From: Acidimicrobiales bacterium
GTDB taxonomy: Bacteria > Actinomycetota > Acidimicrobiia > Acidimicrobiales > UBA8592
DNA length: 64,000 nt
Reading direction: 5' to 3'
Assembly (NCBI GenBank): GCA_029244605.1
Contig: JAQWQL010000110.1
Location: 674 to 64,673, forward strand
Shown here: piece by piece, positions 8,977 to 19,135 of the stretch
Numbering within the stretch: position 1 is the first letter of the stretch
Layout of the letters: the number at the start of each line of letters is the position of its first letter
Notes under the pieces: model-generated
Seen by the model: the letters and a program-made list of their open reading frames with translations, nothing else
Database searches by the model: none
Told to the model about the DNA's origin: nothing
Translations under genes and position numbers: made by a program

Positions 8977-10929
8977 TCAAAGTATTTTTTCGTGCATATT
9001 CGTTACTGGTATATCAGAATTTCTTAACAAAGCTTTATGGTCAGAAATAGCCGGCCTATCGAAGAATGTTTGGAACCAAATTTCTAGGCTTATCATCCCC
9101 CACAATGCTCGCAACGGAACTTTATCAAGATTAGAAGTGTTAGGAATCTGTAGAGGGAACATATCTCGATTTTTAGCTGAATTTAGGGTGTCCAGTATAA
9201 AACTATTAACTTCGGGATTTGATCGAGCCCAAACATCCAAGGGAACAGGAAAGCCCATCTTGTCTTTCCTCTGTAGGATTTGATCTGGTAATCGCTTACC
9301 TAAAGACTCGATTAAAAAACGTTTAAGCTTCCCGTCCTTAAATTTGATATCCGAAGGAACTGTAGCTGCAAATTCAATAATCTTGTGATCAAGAAAGGGA
9401 ACCCTTGCTTCCAACCCATGTGCCATACTGACGCGGTCTTCAACATGAAGCAGGCCAGGCAAAAGTGATTTAAAATCAAAATGAGTCATCTCATCGAAAT
9501 AGGACCCAGATTCAACATTCTCTGCCCGAAAAAGCTTGAGAGCCTCTTCTCGAGCGCTGTAATCCGAATCCTTAACCCAATCGGCTACGGGAGTTCCTGA
9601 ACTTCGATCAACTAGATCGATGTACCTTTCATCTCGCGGCCCAAACAACCCCTTTGACCAAAAGGAAGAAAGCATAGGTTCATACCCTTGTAAGGACTGA
9701 AGAGAAGAATTCAAGCTTTGGTAAGACAATATAAAGTTTGCTTCATCACCTGTACCGTTAATTGCCCCTTTGAGCGCCTGCTCAAGGTAAGCCACCAAAT
9801 ATCGTGTGTAGCCCCCGAAAATTTCATCACCGCCTTGCCCCCCTAACACTACTTTGCGATGTTTACTAGCTAGCTCTGAGACCATATATTGAGGGAATGA
9901 ACCAGGACCTGCTATCGGATAGTCCAAGTGATAAATTACTTTTGGAAAAACATTTAAAAAGTCTTGAGGAGTCATCGAACATTGGAAAAGTTCGAAATCT
10001 GCCTTTTCTGAAGCCCAAACAGCATATTGACTCTCGTCATACCCAGGAGGTTCTTCAAACTTTCCGGTAAAACCAATAAAGTCTGAAGATGCTTCGGAAG
10101 CAGCTATTGAAACAAGACTGGAATCTATCCCGCCGCTAACGTATCCGCCAATCGGTACGTCACTCCTACAATGAAGATCGATTGATTCATCAAAAAGCGC
10201 TTCTAAATGTTCGAGAAAGTATTGTTCATCATGGTCAAAGTCCCGCTCATATTCGACTTCCCAATAACACCTTTGAACTTGCATTTTTGAAAAATTATCC
10301 AAAGTAAAATCTAAATAATGACCCGGAAGAAGTTGATTAATACCTTCGAAAAGAGTCGTTTGCCCCAAGGGCAATTGAAGCATCATATAATCAACTAATC
10401 CTGTCTCAGAGACTTTGGTCGAGTCACCAAATGGTAAAAGGGCCTTCGCCTCTGAAGAGAATCGGAAAGTCTCTGATGAGAAGGAGTAATAAAATGGTTT
10501 GATACCAAATCGGTCACGCGCTGCAAATAGTCTGCGCTCTTTCGGATCCCAAATAGCAAAAGAAAACATGCCACGGAGCTTTTGAAGGACTTCAGGACCC
10601 CAGCGATCAAACCCAACAAGTATTACTTCTGAATCACTTTGTGACCGAAAGTTTTCTTCTCCTAACTCTGATCTCAATTCCCTGTAATTATAGATTTCTC
10701 CATTAAAAACAAGCCATCGTTGCCCATCAGTCATTGGCTGCAGGCCAGATTCCTCTAAATCAATAATACTTAACCGCCTGTGGCCCAATGCCACGTTAGA
10801 TGCCGGGTCAATCCATATACCTTCGGCATCTGGCCCGCGATGAGACTGCAGATAATTCATTGTTAGAATCTCTAACTCCAACTCTTGCCGACGGGCTTGT
10901 CTAGTTACTATTCCAGAAATACCGCACAT
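8977..10929 (-). CDS. asnB: Second AsnB-type amidotransferase (WbmI/WbpS-like uronamide synthase candidate)
   Basis: MCGISG, HRGPD, SGGIDSS, GGQGGDEIFGGY, EDRVSMAHGLEARVPFLD and KMGFPVP motifs. Confidence 0.9.
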   Translation of the reverse strand: MCGISGIVTRQARRQELELEILTMNYLQSHRGPDAEGIWIDPASNVALGHRRLSIIDLEESGLQPMTDGQRWLVFNGEIYNYRELRSELGEENFRSQSDSEVILVGFDRWGPEVLQKLRGMFSFAIWDPKERRLFAARDRFGIKPFYYSFSSETFRFSSEAKALLPFGDSTKVSETGLVDYMMLQLPLGQTTLFEGINQLLPGHYLDFTLDNFSKMQVQRCYWEVEYERDFDHDEQYFLEHLEALFDESIDLHCRSDVPIGGYVSGGIDSSLVSIAASEASSDFIGFTGKFEEPPGYDESQYAVWASEKADFELFQCSMTPQDFLNVFPKVIYHLDYPIAGPGSFPQYMVSELASKHRKVVLGGQGGDEIFGGYTRYLVAYLEQALKGAINGTGDEANFILSYQSLNSSLQSLQGYEPMLSSFWSKGLFGPRDERYIDLVDRSSGTPVADWVKDSDYSAREEALKLFRAENVESGSYFDEMTHFDFKSLLPGLLHVEDRVSMAHGLEARVPFLDHKIIEFAATVPSDIKFKDGKLKRFLIESLGKRLPDQILQRKDKMGFPVPLDVWARSNPEVNSFILDTLNSAKNRDMFPLQIPNTSNLDKVPLRALWGMISLEIWFQTFFDRPAISDHKALLRNSDIPVTNMHEKIL

Positions 10930-10997
10930 AGTTACTACCTATCTCTATGGATAAATTAACGAATCAACTTCTAAAGGCTACAAGAGAGTCCATCTGA

Positions 10998-12116
10998 TTA
11001 CTCGATACAGATTTTCTCATAAATATTCTGAAGATTTTCACTATCTACACTCCAGCACAATGTTTTCCGAGCAGTAAGAGCATTTTCCAGAAATTGAAAG
11101 TAATTATCGGAGAGCTGCTTTACTGCATTACTAAATGAACAACTGTCGCCAGGCTTATAAAGGACACCCAAGTTGTTTGATCGAACAATTTGTGCGATAG
11201 CCGGAAAATCTGAAGCAACTACAGGCACTCCTTCTGCAATTGCCTGGAAAAGTTTATTAGGAAGAGCACGCAAATGGTTTTCTATTCCTGACTCAAGACT
11301 AACTATAGCAATACCGCCATCGCGTATAAATTTACCTGCTTCCTCTATGCTGCCATGATCAATCACTTCTAGAGGAGTCTTGAGCTGAAAGCCTGAAATT
11401 CTTCTCCCCATGAGTTTTATATCTACATCTGCTTCTAAGGCACCATCAATTACTGTATTGAGATCACGCCCGTCTGAAATATTTCCGGCATATGCTAAAT
11501 AATTAATCCGCCGTGGCGGATTTTCAATTGATATAGGAAATGTATTCCGAATAACAAAAACCTCCCGTCCAAATTTACTAGCAAGCTCTTCAGCCAATTG
11601 ATCCGAAACAGTAATAACAGCAGATGCAGATTGCACTTCCAAAGCTTCAATCCTTGCATCACGCGACATTTCAAATCGTGAACCTAATCCACGCAATTTA
11701 CGGCCCGTCCATAACTCATGTGAGTCATAAACCAATAGAAAATCTTTGTGAAAAGGTTTCGTGGCCTCTAACGCTGGTAAATCATGGGCATGAATAATAT
11801 CTATAGCAGCAACTTCTCTCATCTTCTCGATCCGTTCGCGAACTTGTCTAATAAATTGCCTGCGTTTGGAATACCTGTAGGGAACCAATGTTAAATATTT
11901 AACAAGGCGCCAAAAAATTGATGAACGCTTTCCCGCTGAAGACTTGGTAGAACCCACTATGCCAACTTGAATTGGGGTCCATACACAATTTTCGGGAAGG
12001 GGGCCGAGCCCTAGAACATAAACTCTGTAACCAGCCTCGACAAGCGAGGAAGCCTCTCTATCGACTCTGGAGTCAAACTTTAGTGGTGACATTGTCACCA
12101 TCAAAACAACCTTCAT
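10998..12116 (-). CDS. Glycosyltransferase family 4
   Basis: DSRVDREA, IHAHD, YDSHE and LPNKLFQAIAEGVPVVASDFP motifs. Confidence 0.85.
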   Translation of the reverse strand: MKVVLMVTMSPLKFDSRVDREASSLVEAGYRVYVLGLGPLPENCVWTPIQVGIVGSTKSSAGKRSSIFWRLVKYLTLVPYRYSKRRQFIRQVRERIEKMREVAAIDIIHAHDLPALEATKPFHKDFLLVYDSHELWTGRKLRGLGSRFEMSRDARIEALEVQSASAVITVSDQLAEELASKFGREVFVIRNTFPISIENPPRRINYLAYAGNISDGRDLNTVIDGALEADVDIKLMGRRISGFQLKTPLEVIDHGSIEEAGKFIRDGGIAIVSLESGIENHLRALPNKLFQAIAEGVPVVASDFPAIAQIVRSNNLGVLYKPGDSCSFSNAVKQLSDNYFQFLENALTARKTLCWSVDSENLQNIYEKICIE

Positions 12117-13156
12117 TGAATCTGTACCTTGTATGCAAAGATTGCATCTTCCACAGCATCAGAAATTTCCTTTTCGTCGCCTGTTCTTGTCTGGAGGAAA
12201 TATTCTCGCCCTTGAGAACCTATTCTTTGTGCTTCCTTTGGATTATGCACCCAAATATCAAGAACCTTTGCTAACTCATCGTGGCCACCGACAACACCAC
12301 CTTTAGCCTCGTGAATAACTCGACTCTGTCCAGAAATATCAGTTGCTAGTATTGGAAGGCCCACTGCCCAATACTCCCAAATTTTTGTTGGAATAGCCTC
12401 CTGGAACGAAGGAGTTGGGGAAAGTAATGAGAGGCCGGCTAAACAATGTTTCGCTATCTCCCATGACTGTTTGTACGAGCATCGCCCGTGCCACTGTACC
12501 CGCCCAGCTAAATCTAATTCTTCTATCTGCTGATAAAGGCTTTCTTCATTTGCGCATGGACCTACTAAATCAAGGTCTACGTCTGGGCTTGCTTGGACTA
12601 GGCGCAACATTGCTGATAACCCTCTACTTTCACGTATATCACCCACATAGACAAGGCGTTTCAAGGGAGGGGCTTCCGGTGGTGATGGTAAATCAACGTG
12701 ATTAGGGCGATTTGAGATAATAAGATAGTCATCAAATGCCACGGAGTTATCAACTGCTACTACGACATGAGACCAACGTTCACGAACTTTTCTTAGGATC
12801 TTCGTAATTACTTTGACGAATGGAACCATACCTCTACTAATCCAGGAGCGGTCGAAAAGAACTTTTTCATAGTCCTCATGCACATCGGAAATAACAGCTA
12901 CTTTTTTGTAAATCACAGGAGGGAGAAATAACTGAAGCTCAGGGTCGGGCAAAATTACGCAATCTGCTGAACTCTTTTTAATAAAGCGATAGACAATCAA
13001 AGGACTTAAAAAAAACCTTAGAAACCTTGAGCGTGATTGTACTTTATGTAGTTGTACTCTTACTCCTGCTCGAAGAAGCGAATATTGATGGCGCACTAGT
13101 CTGCCATCTTGCAGGTCATGGCCGGTAGTAATAATTAAGACGTCAGGTTCATGCAC
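12113..13156 (-). CDS. Glycosyltransferase family 4
   Basis: DGRL, DPEL, DVHEDY, YVGDIRESRG and PTKIWEYWAVGLPILATD motifs. Confidence 0.85.
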   Translation of the reverse strand: MHEPDVLIITTGHDLQDGRLVRHQYSLLRAGVRVQLHKVQSRSRFLRFFLSPLIVYRFIKKSSADCVILPDPELQLFLPPVIYKKVAVISDVHEDYEKVLFDRSWISRGMVPFVKVITKILRKVRERWSHVVVAVDNSVAFDDYLIISNRPNHVDLPSPPEAPPLKRLVYVGDIRESRGLSAMLRLVQASPDVDLDLVGPCANEESLYQQIEELDLAGRVQWHGRCSYKQSWEIAKHCLAGLSLLSPTPSFQEAIPTKIWEYWAVGLPILATDISGQSRVIHEAKGGVVGGHDELAKVLDIWVHNPKEAQRIGSQGREYFLQTRTGDEKEISDAVEDAIFAYKVQIQ

Positions 13157-13362
13157 TTGGGAGAGACCTTAATTGAACAAATAGTTGGTTTTGTACTTTC
13201 ACAGTGTCCTCCATATCGACTATATAACCTTCAGCCATTTAGATTCATGCATTTAAATAGGGATTACCAATAAATGAAATCAAGTAACCCATAAGCATGC
13301 AAGGACAATTACGAAATTTTGTCGTAGAGTTAACGGTCGGAAACCAGAGTTTAAGGGAATAA

Positions 13363-15156
13363 ATGTCAGACATAATCGTATGTTCTTTCTTCACTGACGA
13401 CGATTATTATCGAACTCATGCAAAAGAACTAAAAGAGAATCTTCTCGGACTGGGTATAGATCATGAATTAAGCGAGATTTCTCTCGACCCTAAATTGGAC
13501 TGGGTAGATATATGTCGAAGAAAAGTCCCTTTCTTGCATTCGATATGCTCTCAAAACCCTAAGAAAAAAGTTTTCTGGATTGACATAGATTGTAGATTGC
13601 TAGAAATCCCTGACTTTATTTACTCTTCGTCAGCCGACATTATTGGTTTTCAAAGGGGATTCAGCCCTCCAATTGCGATCGGATACCGGAACCATAGCCG
13701 CTTCTGGGAACCATGCTTCTGGGGGGTAGGGACTTCTAAAAATGCCAGAAAAATGATTGCCGATGCCGCAAAGGCAGAAAAAGAATCAGAGATTAAAGCA
13801 ACTGACGATTTCTTTTTTGAAGAAGGCTGGAGAGCTAATGCTGACGCTCTGACTTTTCAAATAATTCCGTCAGCTTGTGTAGTGGGAAAACAAAATTCAC
13901 GTACGACTCATTCGGCTTTTTTCGTCTTTGGATCTAGCGGAAATGTCTCAGAATATAAGGGAAAGGCTGCACAGCATCTAAATGAACAAAGGCCAAAATG
14001 GTTAAGGAAAAAGCTACTCAAAATTGGGAAACAGACGCTGAATCGCCTACCAAAAAAGATCTCACGACAAATTATTGCAACCTCTGATAAGACTGGCGTA
14101 ACCCACTACCTCCTAGGCTATAAACGTTCTGGAATTTCGGATGGACGTAGCCAAACTCAACGACGCGATATAACCAACCGTATTTTACGATCAGGGATGA
14201 ACGGCGAAATCGAACTTCTGGAAGACTTGGCTGATGACTTAAGCACAACCAGCATAATCAATCCAAATGAGTTAGTTACGATAGAAGCTGCAAGGGCATT
14301 TGGGTACTATTCCTCAAGAGAATCTGATAGAAAGCTCAAGTTAAGTTGGTGGGTAAGACCATTCCCTGGAAACTTCGGAGATTGGCTTTCTCCACTTATT
14401 GTCTCTCAGTATGGAAACTGTAAAATATCTTTTCAAACGCCTACAGCTCCGGAAAGGAACACACCAAAACATCTTGTCTCGATAGGTTCCATTGCTCGAT
14501 TTATTAAAGGAAGTTCCTTAGTAGCTGGAACTGGAATAGCTAGTCACGAATTTCCAATTAGCACTAAAGCTAAATATTTTTCAGTACGAGGACCCATCAC
14601 TGCAGAATTTCTAAGAACATGCGGTGGTCCAAATATTGACTCGTTTGGCGATCCAGCAGCACTCATCTCTAGGATCGTTCCACTAAAGCGAGATAAGACT
14701 AATGGGCGCATCGCATTAGTTCGACATGCAAGCCATGACCGTGTTCCATTAACACTCCCGAAAAACTATGATGAACTGAGTATTCTTGTCTCTCATCCAG
14801 ATAATGTTACAAAATTTCTATCTGAACTGATCAAATATGATGAAGTGGTCACAAGCGCTTTACATGTGTTGATTGCCTGCCAGTCTTACGGCATACCCTG
14901 TTCGTTAATAACCTTTGAGGGTTTAGAGAACAGTATTTCTGGAACAGGATTGAAGTACATGGACTATTCGCTGGGAGTAGGGTTAAAAGAGTTAGTTCCA
15001 ACGGTGGTCCAAAGAGACCTTCGGAGGGTACCACTTGAAAAAATTCGACAAACAGAAACAATTAGCGAATCAAAGAAGGACGAAATCGAACAAAAACTTC
15101 TAGAAGCGATTCACTCGACCTGGGACAAAAAAGCATATGAAAAACATAACCACTGA
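13363..15156 (+). CDS. Fusion of a DxD-type GT-A-like domain and an ExoV-like polysaccharide pyruvyltransferase
   Basis: N-terminal WIDIDC motif. C-terminal GNFGDWLSP, SIGSI, SVRGPIT, GDPA and TSALHVLIACQSYGIP motifs. Confidence 0.75.
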   Translation: MSDIIVCSFFTDDDYYRTHAKELKENLLGLGIDHELSEISLDPKLDWVDICRRKVPFLHSICSQNPKKKVFWIDIDCRLLEIPDFIYSSSADIIGFQRGFSPPIAIGYRNHSRFWEPCFWGVGTSKNARKMIADAAKAEKESEIKATDDFFFEEGWRANADALTFQIIPSACVVGKQNSRTTHSAFFVFGSSGNVSEYKGKAAQHLNEQRPKWLRKKLLKIGKQTLNRLPKKISRQIIATSDKTGVTHYLLGYKRSGISDGRSQTQRRDITNRILRSGMNGEIELLEDLADDLSTTSIINPNELVTIEAARAFGYYSSRESDRKLKLSWWVRPFPGNFGDWLSPLIVSQYGNCKISFQTPTAPERNTPKHLVSIGSIARFIKGSSLVAGTGIASHEFPISTKAKYFSVRGPITAEFLRTCGGPNIDSFGDPAALISRIVPLKRDKTNGRIALVRHASHDRVPLTLPKNYDELSILVSHPDNVTKFLSELIKYDEVVTSALHVLIACQSYGIPCSLITFEGLENSISGTGLKYMDYSLGVGLKELVPTVVQRDLRRVPLEKIRQTETISESKKDEIEQKLLEAIHSTWDKKAYEKHNH

Positions 15157-15904
15157 ACTTTGGGAAACCACTGTAGATCTCTTCCCCACTCGTCGGGAAT
15201 CGCGAATGGTCATGGGAGTTATCTTCCTAGCAATATCTATTTCTGTCTCAGAAATTCTATTGGCCCACTTTTTTTCATTATTGATATTACCTACTGAACC
15301 TAGAGAAACAAAAAGCCTTATATTCCTAGGGATAATTTTTCTTTCTTTCTTTTCTATACTCCGACTAGCAAGCTTTGCTAAAGAACACTACCGGCTAAAT
15401 ATTTTTGAAAAGTCTCTTACGAGCTGTAAATCAGAAAACCAAGTAGCGAACTCATGGCGGTGGGCTACTGCAATGGAGCTAACATCTCTTCTTATATTGT
15501 GCGGCAGATTATTTTTTATTTCTGCTCTCCTTTTTTTCTTTTCACCAATCTTTGGTATTTGTAACATGATCATCGGAATAGGGATTTTTCAAATACTCTC
15601 TTGGAGACTCGGAAAACAGTTCAAGTCACAATATAAATTCCGAGAAAAACAACGGTCTAAGCAACCGGTGACAAATGCTGAGAAGGTAAGAACAAGGGTA
15701 ATCGCTGCAGAAATAGGGTCTCTTCTTTCATCAGTTGGACTAATTATACTTCTTGGGATTCTTATTCTTCTTTACGCGAAAGGCTCATTAAGTCCCGCTA
15801 AAGCATTCGTTCTTTTCATAGCCGTTCGAATGATAGGACAGATCTACTCCGGACTCTCATCGGGATTGATGCGATTTGCTAGAGCTAGAGTCTACAGTGA
15901 GTAA
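15137..15904 (+). CDS. Multi-pass membrane protein, weakly like an ABC-exporter transmembrane domain (no NBD)
   Basis: About 5-6 hydrophobic helices; overlaps both neighbours in an operon-like arrangement. Confidence 0.6.
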   Translation: MKNITTELWETTVDLFPTRRESRMVMGVIFLAISISVSEILLAHFFSLLILPTEPRETKSLIFLGIIFLSFFSILRLASFAKEHYRLNIFEKSLTSCKSENQVANSWRWATAMELTSLLILCGRLFFISALLFFFSPIFGICNMIIGIGIFQILSWRLGKQFKSQYKFREKQRSKQPVTNAEKVRTRVIAAEIGSLLSSVGLIILLGILILLYAKGSLSPAKAFVLFIAVRMIGQIYSGLSSGLMRFARARVYSE

Positions 15905-16658
15905 ACGTTATGTCACTATTGGGTACTCAAGCCTCTCCAATCGCGTAAACAAAATAGAACTTCCCCCGAAAAGAAACGGCGTTGAAATTCTCATCGCTGT
16001 TCAGGGAGGTCCTACTAAAGAATTCAACCGGAAAGACGTAAGATTCATTTACTTGGATTCGATTGGTGCTGCGAAAAGTAGAAACAGAATTCTTTCTGAG
16101 GCTAAGGGCGAGATTCTCTTTTTCGGAGATGACGATATGAAATGGGTCGAGAAAGGCATGAGTGAAGTTATAAATTACTTTTCAGACCATGAACATGTTG
16201 ACTTAGTTCTTGGCCAAGCTATTGACGAAAACTCTAAGTTACGAAAAAGGTATTTTCCGGAAGAAAAACGACTTACACGTTTTAATTCTGCCAAGGCTGC
16301 AACCTATGAAATAGCAATTAGAACAGAGGCATTTCGGAGAAAGGCCATCACGTTCGATGAGAGCTTTGGCGCGGGTACAGATAATTATCTTGGAGATGAG
16401 TATATATTTATAGCGAATGCATGCACAAAAGGACTTATTTGCGAATTTATTCCTTCAATAGTTGCCGAACATTCTTCTGAATCATCAGGAACTCAATTCG
16501 GGACTATTGAAGACGCAAGAGTCCGTTCATTGGTATTGCGAAAGGTTTTCGGCAACCTAGCTCCTCTGGCACGATTAGGGTTTGTTCTAAAAGATCCAGT
16601 GCGTTTTAAAAGAATCTCTTTGATTATGCGTTTTATCTTTGGCAGATTTCCAAATTAA
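15897..16658 (+). CDS. Glycosyltransferase family 2
   Basis: GAAKSRNRIL, FFGDDD and FDESFGAGT...GDEYIF motifs. Likely GTG start at 15897. Confidence 0.8.
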   Translation: MSKRYVTIGYSSLSNRVNKIELPPKRNGVEILIAVQGGPTKEFNRKDVRFIYLDSIGAAKSRNRILSEAKGEILFFGDDDMKWVEKGMSEVINYFSDHEHVDLVLGQAIDENSKLRKRYFPEEKRLTRFNSAKAATYEIAIRTEAFRRKAITFDESFGAGTDNYLGDEYIFIANACTKGLICEFIPSIVAEHSSESSGTQFGTIEDARVRSLVLRKVFGNLAPLARLGFVLKDPVRFKRISLIMRFIFGRFPN

Positions 16659-16707
16659 CTACCCAGAGAAATCATTGGAGAATTTTTTCATTTCAACTAG
16701 AGAGAAG

Positions 16708-16781
<74 letters not shown>

Positions 16782-16846
16782 CTGGGAATTCAATTATGCC
16801 GAGGTAAATCGCTACCCGCAACTTTCTGACAATTTCCTTATTGAAT

Positions 16847-18595
16847 TTATTTTTCTGGAACTTCCACTATCGTTACAATCCCTGAAGATCCATCAACACG
16901 AATTCGAGAGCCATCTTTGATTTTTCTGGTTGCATCTGTAACAGCAACAGCACAAGGCATTCCTAATTCTCGAGAAACAATGACCGCATGGCTCATTTGT
17001 CCACCTACATCAACGACAACTGCTTCAGCAGGGACAAATAACGGCGTCCATGAAGGGTCAGTTAATGGAGCGACCAGGATATCTCCTGTTCCCAAAGAAC
17101 CTGGGTTAGAAGGGTCGGTGACAATCCTTGCAATTCCCTCAGTAACACCTGGACACCCACCAAAACCTTGAAGCGTATCTCCGACAGCTAAAGGTGAGAA
17201 CTCTTTTGGATTTACTTCTTTTCGAAGAGGCCACAGTGAAGGGTTTGGCAAATTTCCTTCAAAAATAAATGGTGGGGTTCGTTTTGAGAGTTCTTCTCTT
17301 ACATGTTTTCTATCGCTGATCTTTTCATCGAAAGAAGATGGATTTTTTATGAAGTCATCTAATTCAGTTTCAAGGACAAACCACATGTCAATAAGTTCTC
17401 CATTTTCTCGTTGCAGCGCTGCTCGCTGAGCAAGCTCTCGAGAAATAAGTCGGGCGATATGAATGAGGTCAATGATTGTTGTCTTGGATCTTTCCCTTGC
17501 TTGGGAGAAGAGAATGGAAGCATGGAATGCTTTATTGAACAACCACAAGCCCAATCCCTTCAATTGAGATCGTGCCAGTATTAGATTTTGTTCTCGATTG
17601 TTTCCGAGTATTTCTGCTCTATGTGTGGGAGATTTCGCAGGGTCAGCATGGCGCATTCTATCTATAAGAATTAGGACTGAAATTGGATCAGTGCCCCATG
17701 TTTCACATGCAGTTTCCCATTCGTTCGGTCCTCGGCTGCCAAACTCGGAAAGAAATCTATCGAATTCCTCTACAAAGGTACTTGCGTGATAGGAGTTACG
17801 TAAGCGACCTTCAAGACCTACAGTGCCTTCGTCGAATAATTTAGTAAGTTTGGGGTCTTGTGCCACTTGGCGGCCAAGTTCCCATAGAACGAATGAGGGA
17901 GCGGCACTATCAACGTCGCCTAAGTTACCGAGTAAGGTTAATGCAAGTGACCTATTCCCTAGACGTTCTTCGCAGATTGTTGAAAGTAATTGGACAGCTC
18001 CACCTGCTTGTCCTGTGATATCTAGATGACTAGTGAACAAGTGCATCGCTGGTTCCATAATTTCTCGAAGTGCAGCTACTAGTTCTTGATTGCTGGATTG
18101 AATCAGTGCTGGAAGTCGTTGTTGCCATTGTGTAACCAGGTCTCGATCTGAAGCTAGCGATGGTATTTCACTGGTATTTAGCATTTTCCAGCCATACCTG
18201 ATGATCTTTAAGCTTGCTAAAGTATTCTTATCGTCTTTATGGGGGGTGTATTCGGGTGCTTGTTGTTCTGACCCGTAATACGTCGCATCGCTTTTTTCTA
18301 TGGTCGTTCCCGGTGTTCGAACAGCGATCATTCTTCCGAAGGAAAGATTTAAGTACATATAGCCAGCGAAAACTCCTCCAAAACATGATGGTCCTTCCAC
18401 AATGTCTTTTCGGGAAATAACTCCCGCATTAATGGCTGCTCTTGCTGACGCTTGTTCGCCAACAATTCTCGTAAGGGTGATAGTTAATGGGTAAGCGACT
18501 TCTGGCCATACTTCTCCGGCATTCCCTCTGGTATAGATTGGGTAACGTTTCGATGGGTATTGGGTGATGTATTCTCCCAGACCAAAATCAACCAT
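16847..18595 (-). CDS. PEP-utilising enzyme family protein (RPH/Rv2047c-like substrate domain plus phospho-His swivel domain, no ATP-grasp domain)
   Basis: YTRGNAGEVWP, FGSRGPNEWE, TDPSWTPLF and GGQMSHAVIVSRELGMP motifs. Likely start at 18595. Confidence 0.8.
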   Translation of the reverse strand: MVDFGLGEYITQYPSKRYPIYTRGNAGEVWPEVAYPLTITLTRIVGEQASARAAINAGVISRKDIVEGPSCFGGVFAGYMYLNLSFGRMIAVRTPGTTIEKSDATYYGSEQQAPEYTPHKDDKNTLASLKIIRYGWKMLNTSEIPSLASDRDLVTQWQQRLPALIQSSNQELVAALREIMEPAMHLFTSHLDITGQAGGAVQLLSTICEERLGNRSLALTLLGNLGDVDSAAPSFVLWELGRQVAQDPKLTKLFDEGTVGLEGRLRNSYHASTFVEEFDRFLSEFGSRGPNEWETACETWGTDPISVLILIDRMRHADPAKSPTHRAEILGNNREQNLILARSQLKGLGLWLFNKAFHASILFSQARERSKTTIIDLIHIARLISRELAQRAALQRENGELIDMWFVLETELDDFIKNPSSFDEKISDRKHVREELSKRTPPFIFEGNLPNPSLWPLRKEVNPKEFSPLAVGDTLQGFGGCPGVTEGIARIVTDPSNPGSLGTGDILVAPLTDPSWTPLFVPAEAVVVDVGGQMSHAVIVSRELGMPCAVAVTDATRKIKDGSRIRVDGSSGIVTIVEVPEK

Positions 18596-18698
18596 TGCTG
18601 CTGACCCAAGCTTCATTGTTGCACAATATGCGAGAAAGCTTATTTGCGCCAACTGTGGTTGGTGCGCTCTAATGCTATATGGACACTGGAGGTTCAGT

Positions 18699-19115
18699 TT
18701 GGATGCAAAAGAGATAGTTGAAGCCTATTGGGGAGTGCATTTTTCTAGAGATTGGGATGAGATGGTATCGTTCTTTTCTGAAGATGCGCATTACACAGAT
18801 GTTGGGTTGGATGCGGTAGGCGCGACTGGTCCTGGCGAGATTATTTTGCGTTTGCGCTTAGGAATTGAACCTCTTTCGGGTTATCTTCATTTCCCTAAAA
18901 ATACGATCTCTGAGGGGAATTTTGTAGTTACCGAGCATGTTGAGCAGTGGCAATTCCATACTGGGGAAGTTATTGATCATCCTTTTACTTCTGTGATGGA
19001 AGTCAATGAAGCTGGCATGATTATTCGCTGGCATGATTATTCCCATTTGGGGAATCTTTTAGAGCAAGCTCCATCGTGGTGGTTGGAGCATATTGCTAAT
19101 GGCTGGAGAGGCTAG
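18699..19115 (+). CDS. NTF2/SnoaL-like protein (limonene-epoxide-hydrolase-like)
   Basis: FSEDAHYTD, VVTEHVEQW and GMIIRWHDY motifs. GGAGG RBS before TTG at 18699. Confidence 0.75.
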   Translation: MDAKEIVEAYWGVHFSRDWDEMVSFFSEDAHYTDVGLDAVGATGPGEIILRLRLGIEPLSGYLHFPKNTISEGNFVVTEHVEQWQFHTGEVIDHPFTSVMEVNEAGMIIRWHDYSHLGNLLEQAPSWWLEHIANGWRG

Positions 19116-19135
19116 TCGTAGTTTGTGTTGGCTGT

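Noticed and set aside
16847-18595. Rifampin phosphotransferase resistance gene
   Set aside because: It lacks the ATP-grasp domain required by RPH; only the shared domains are present.
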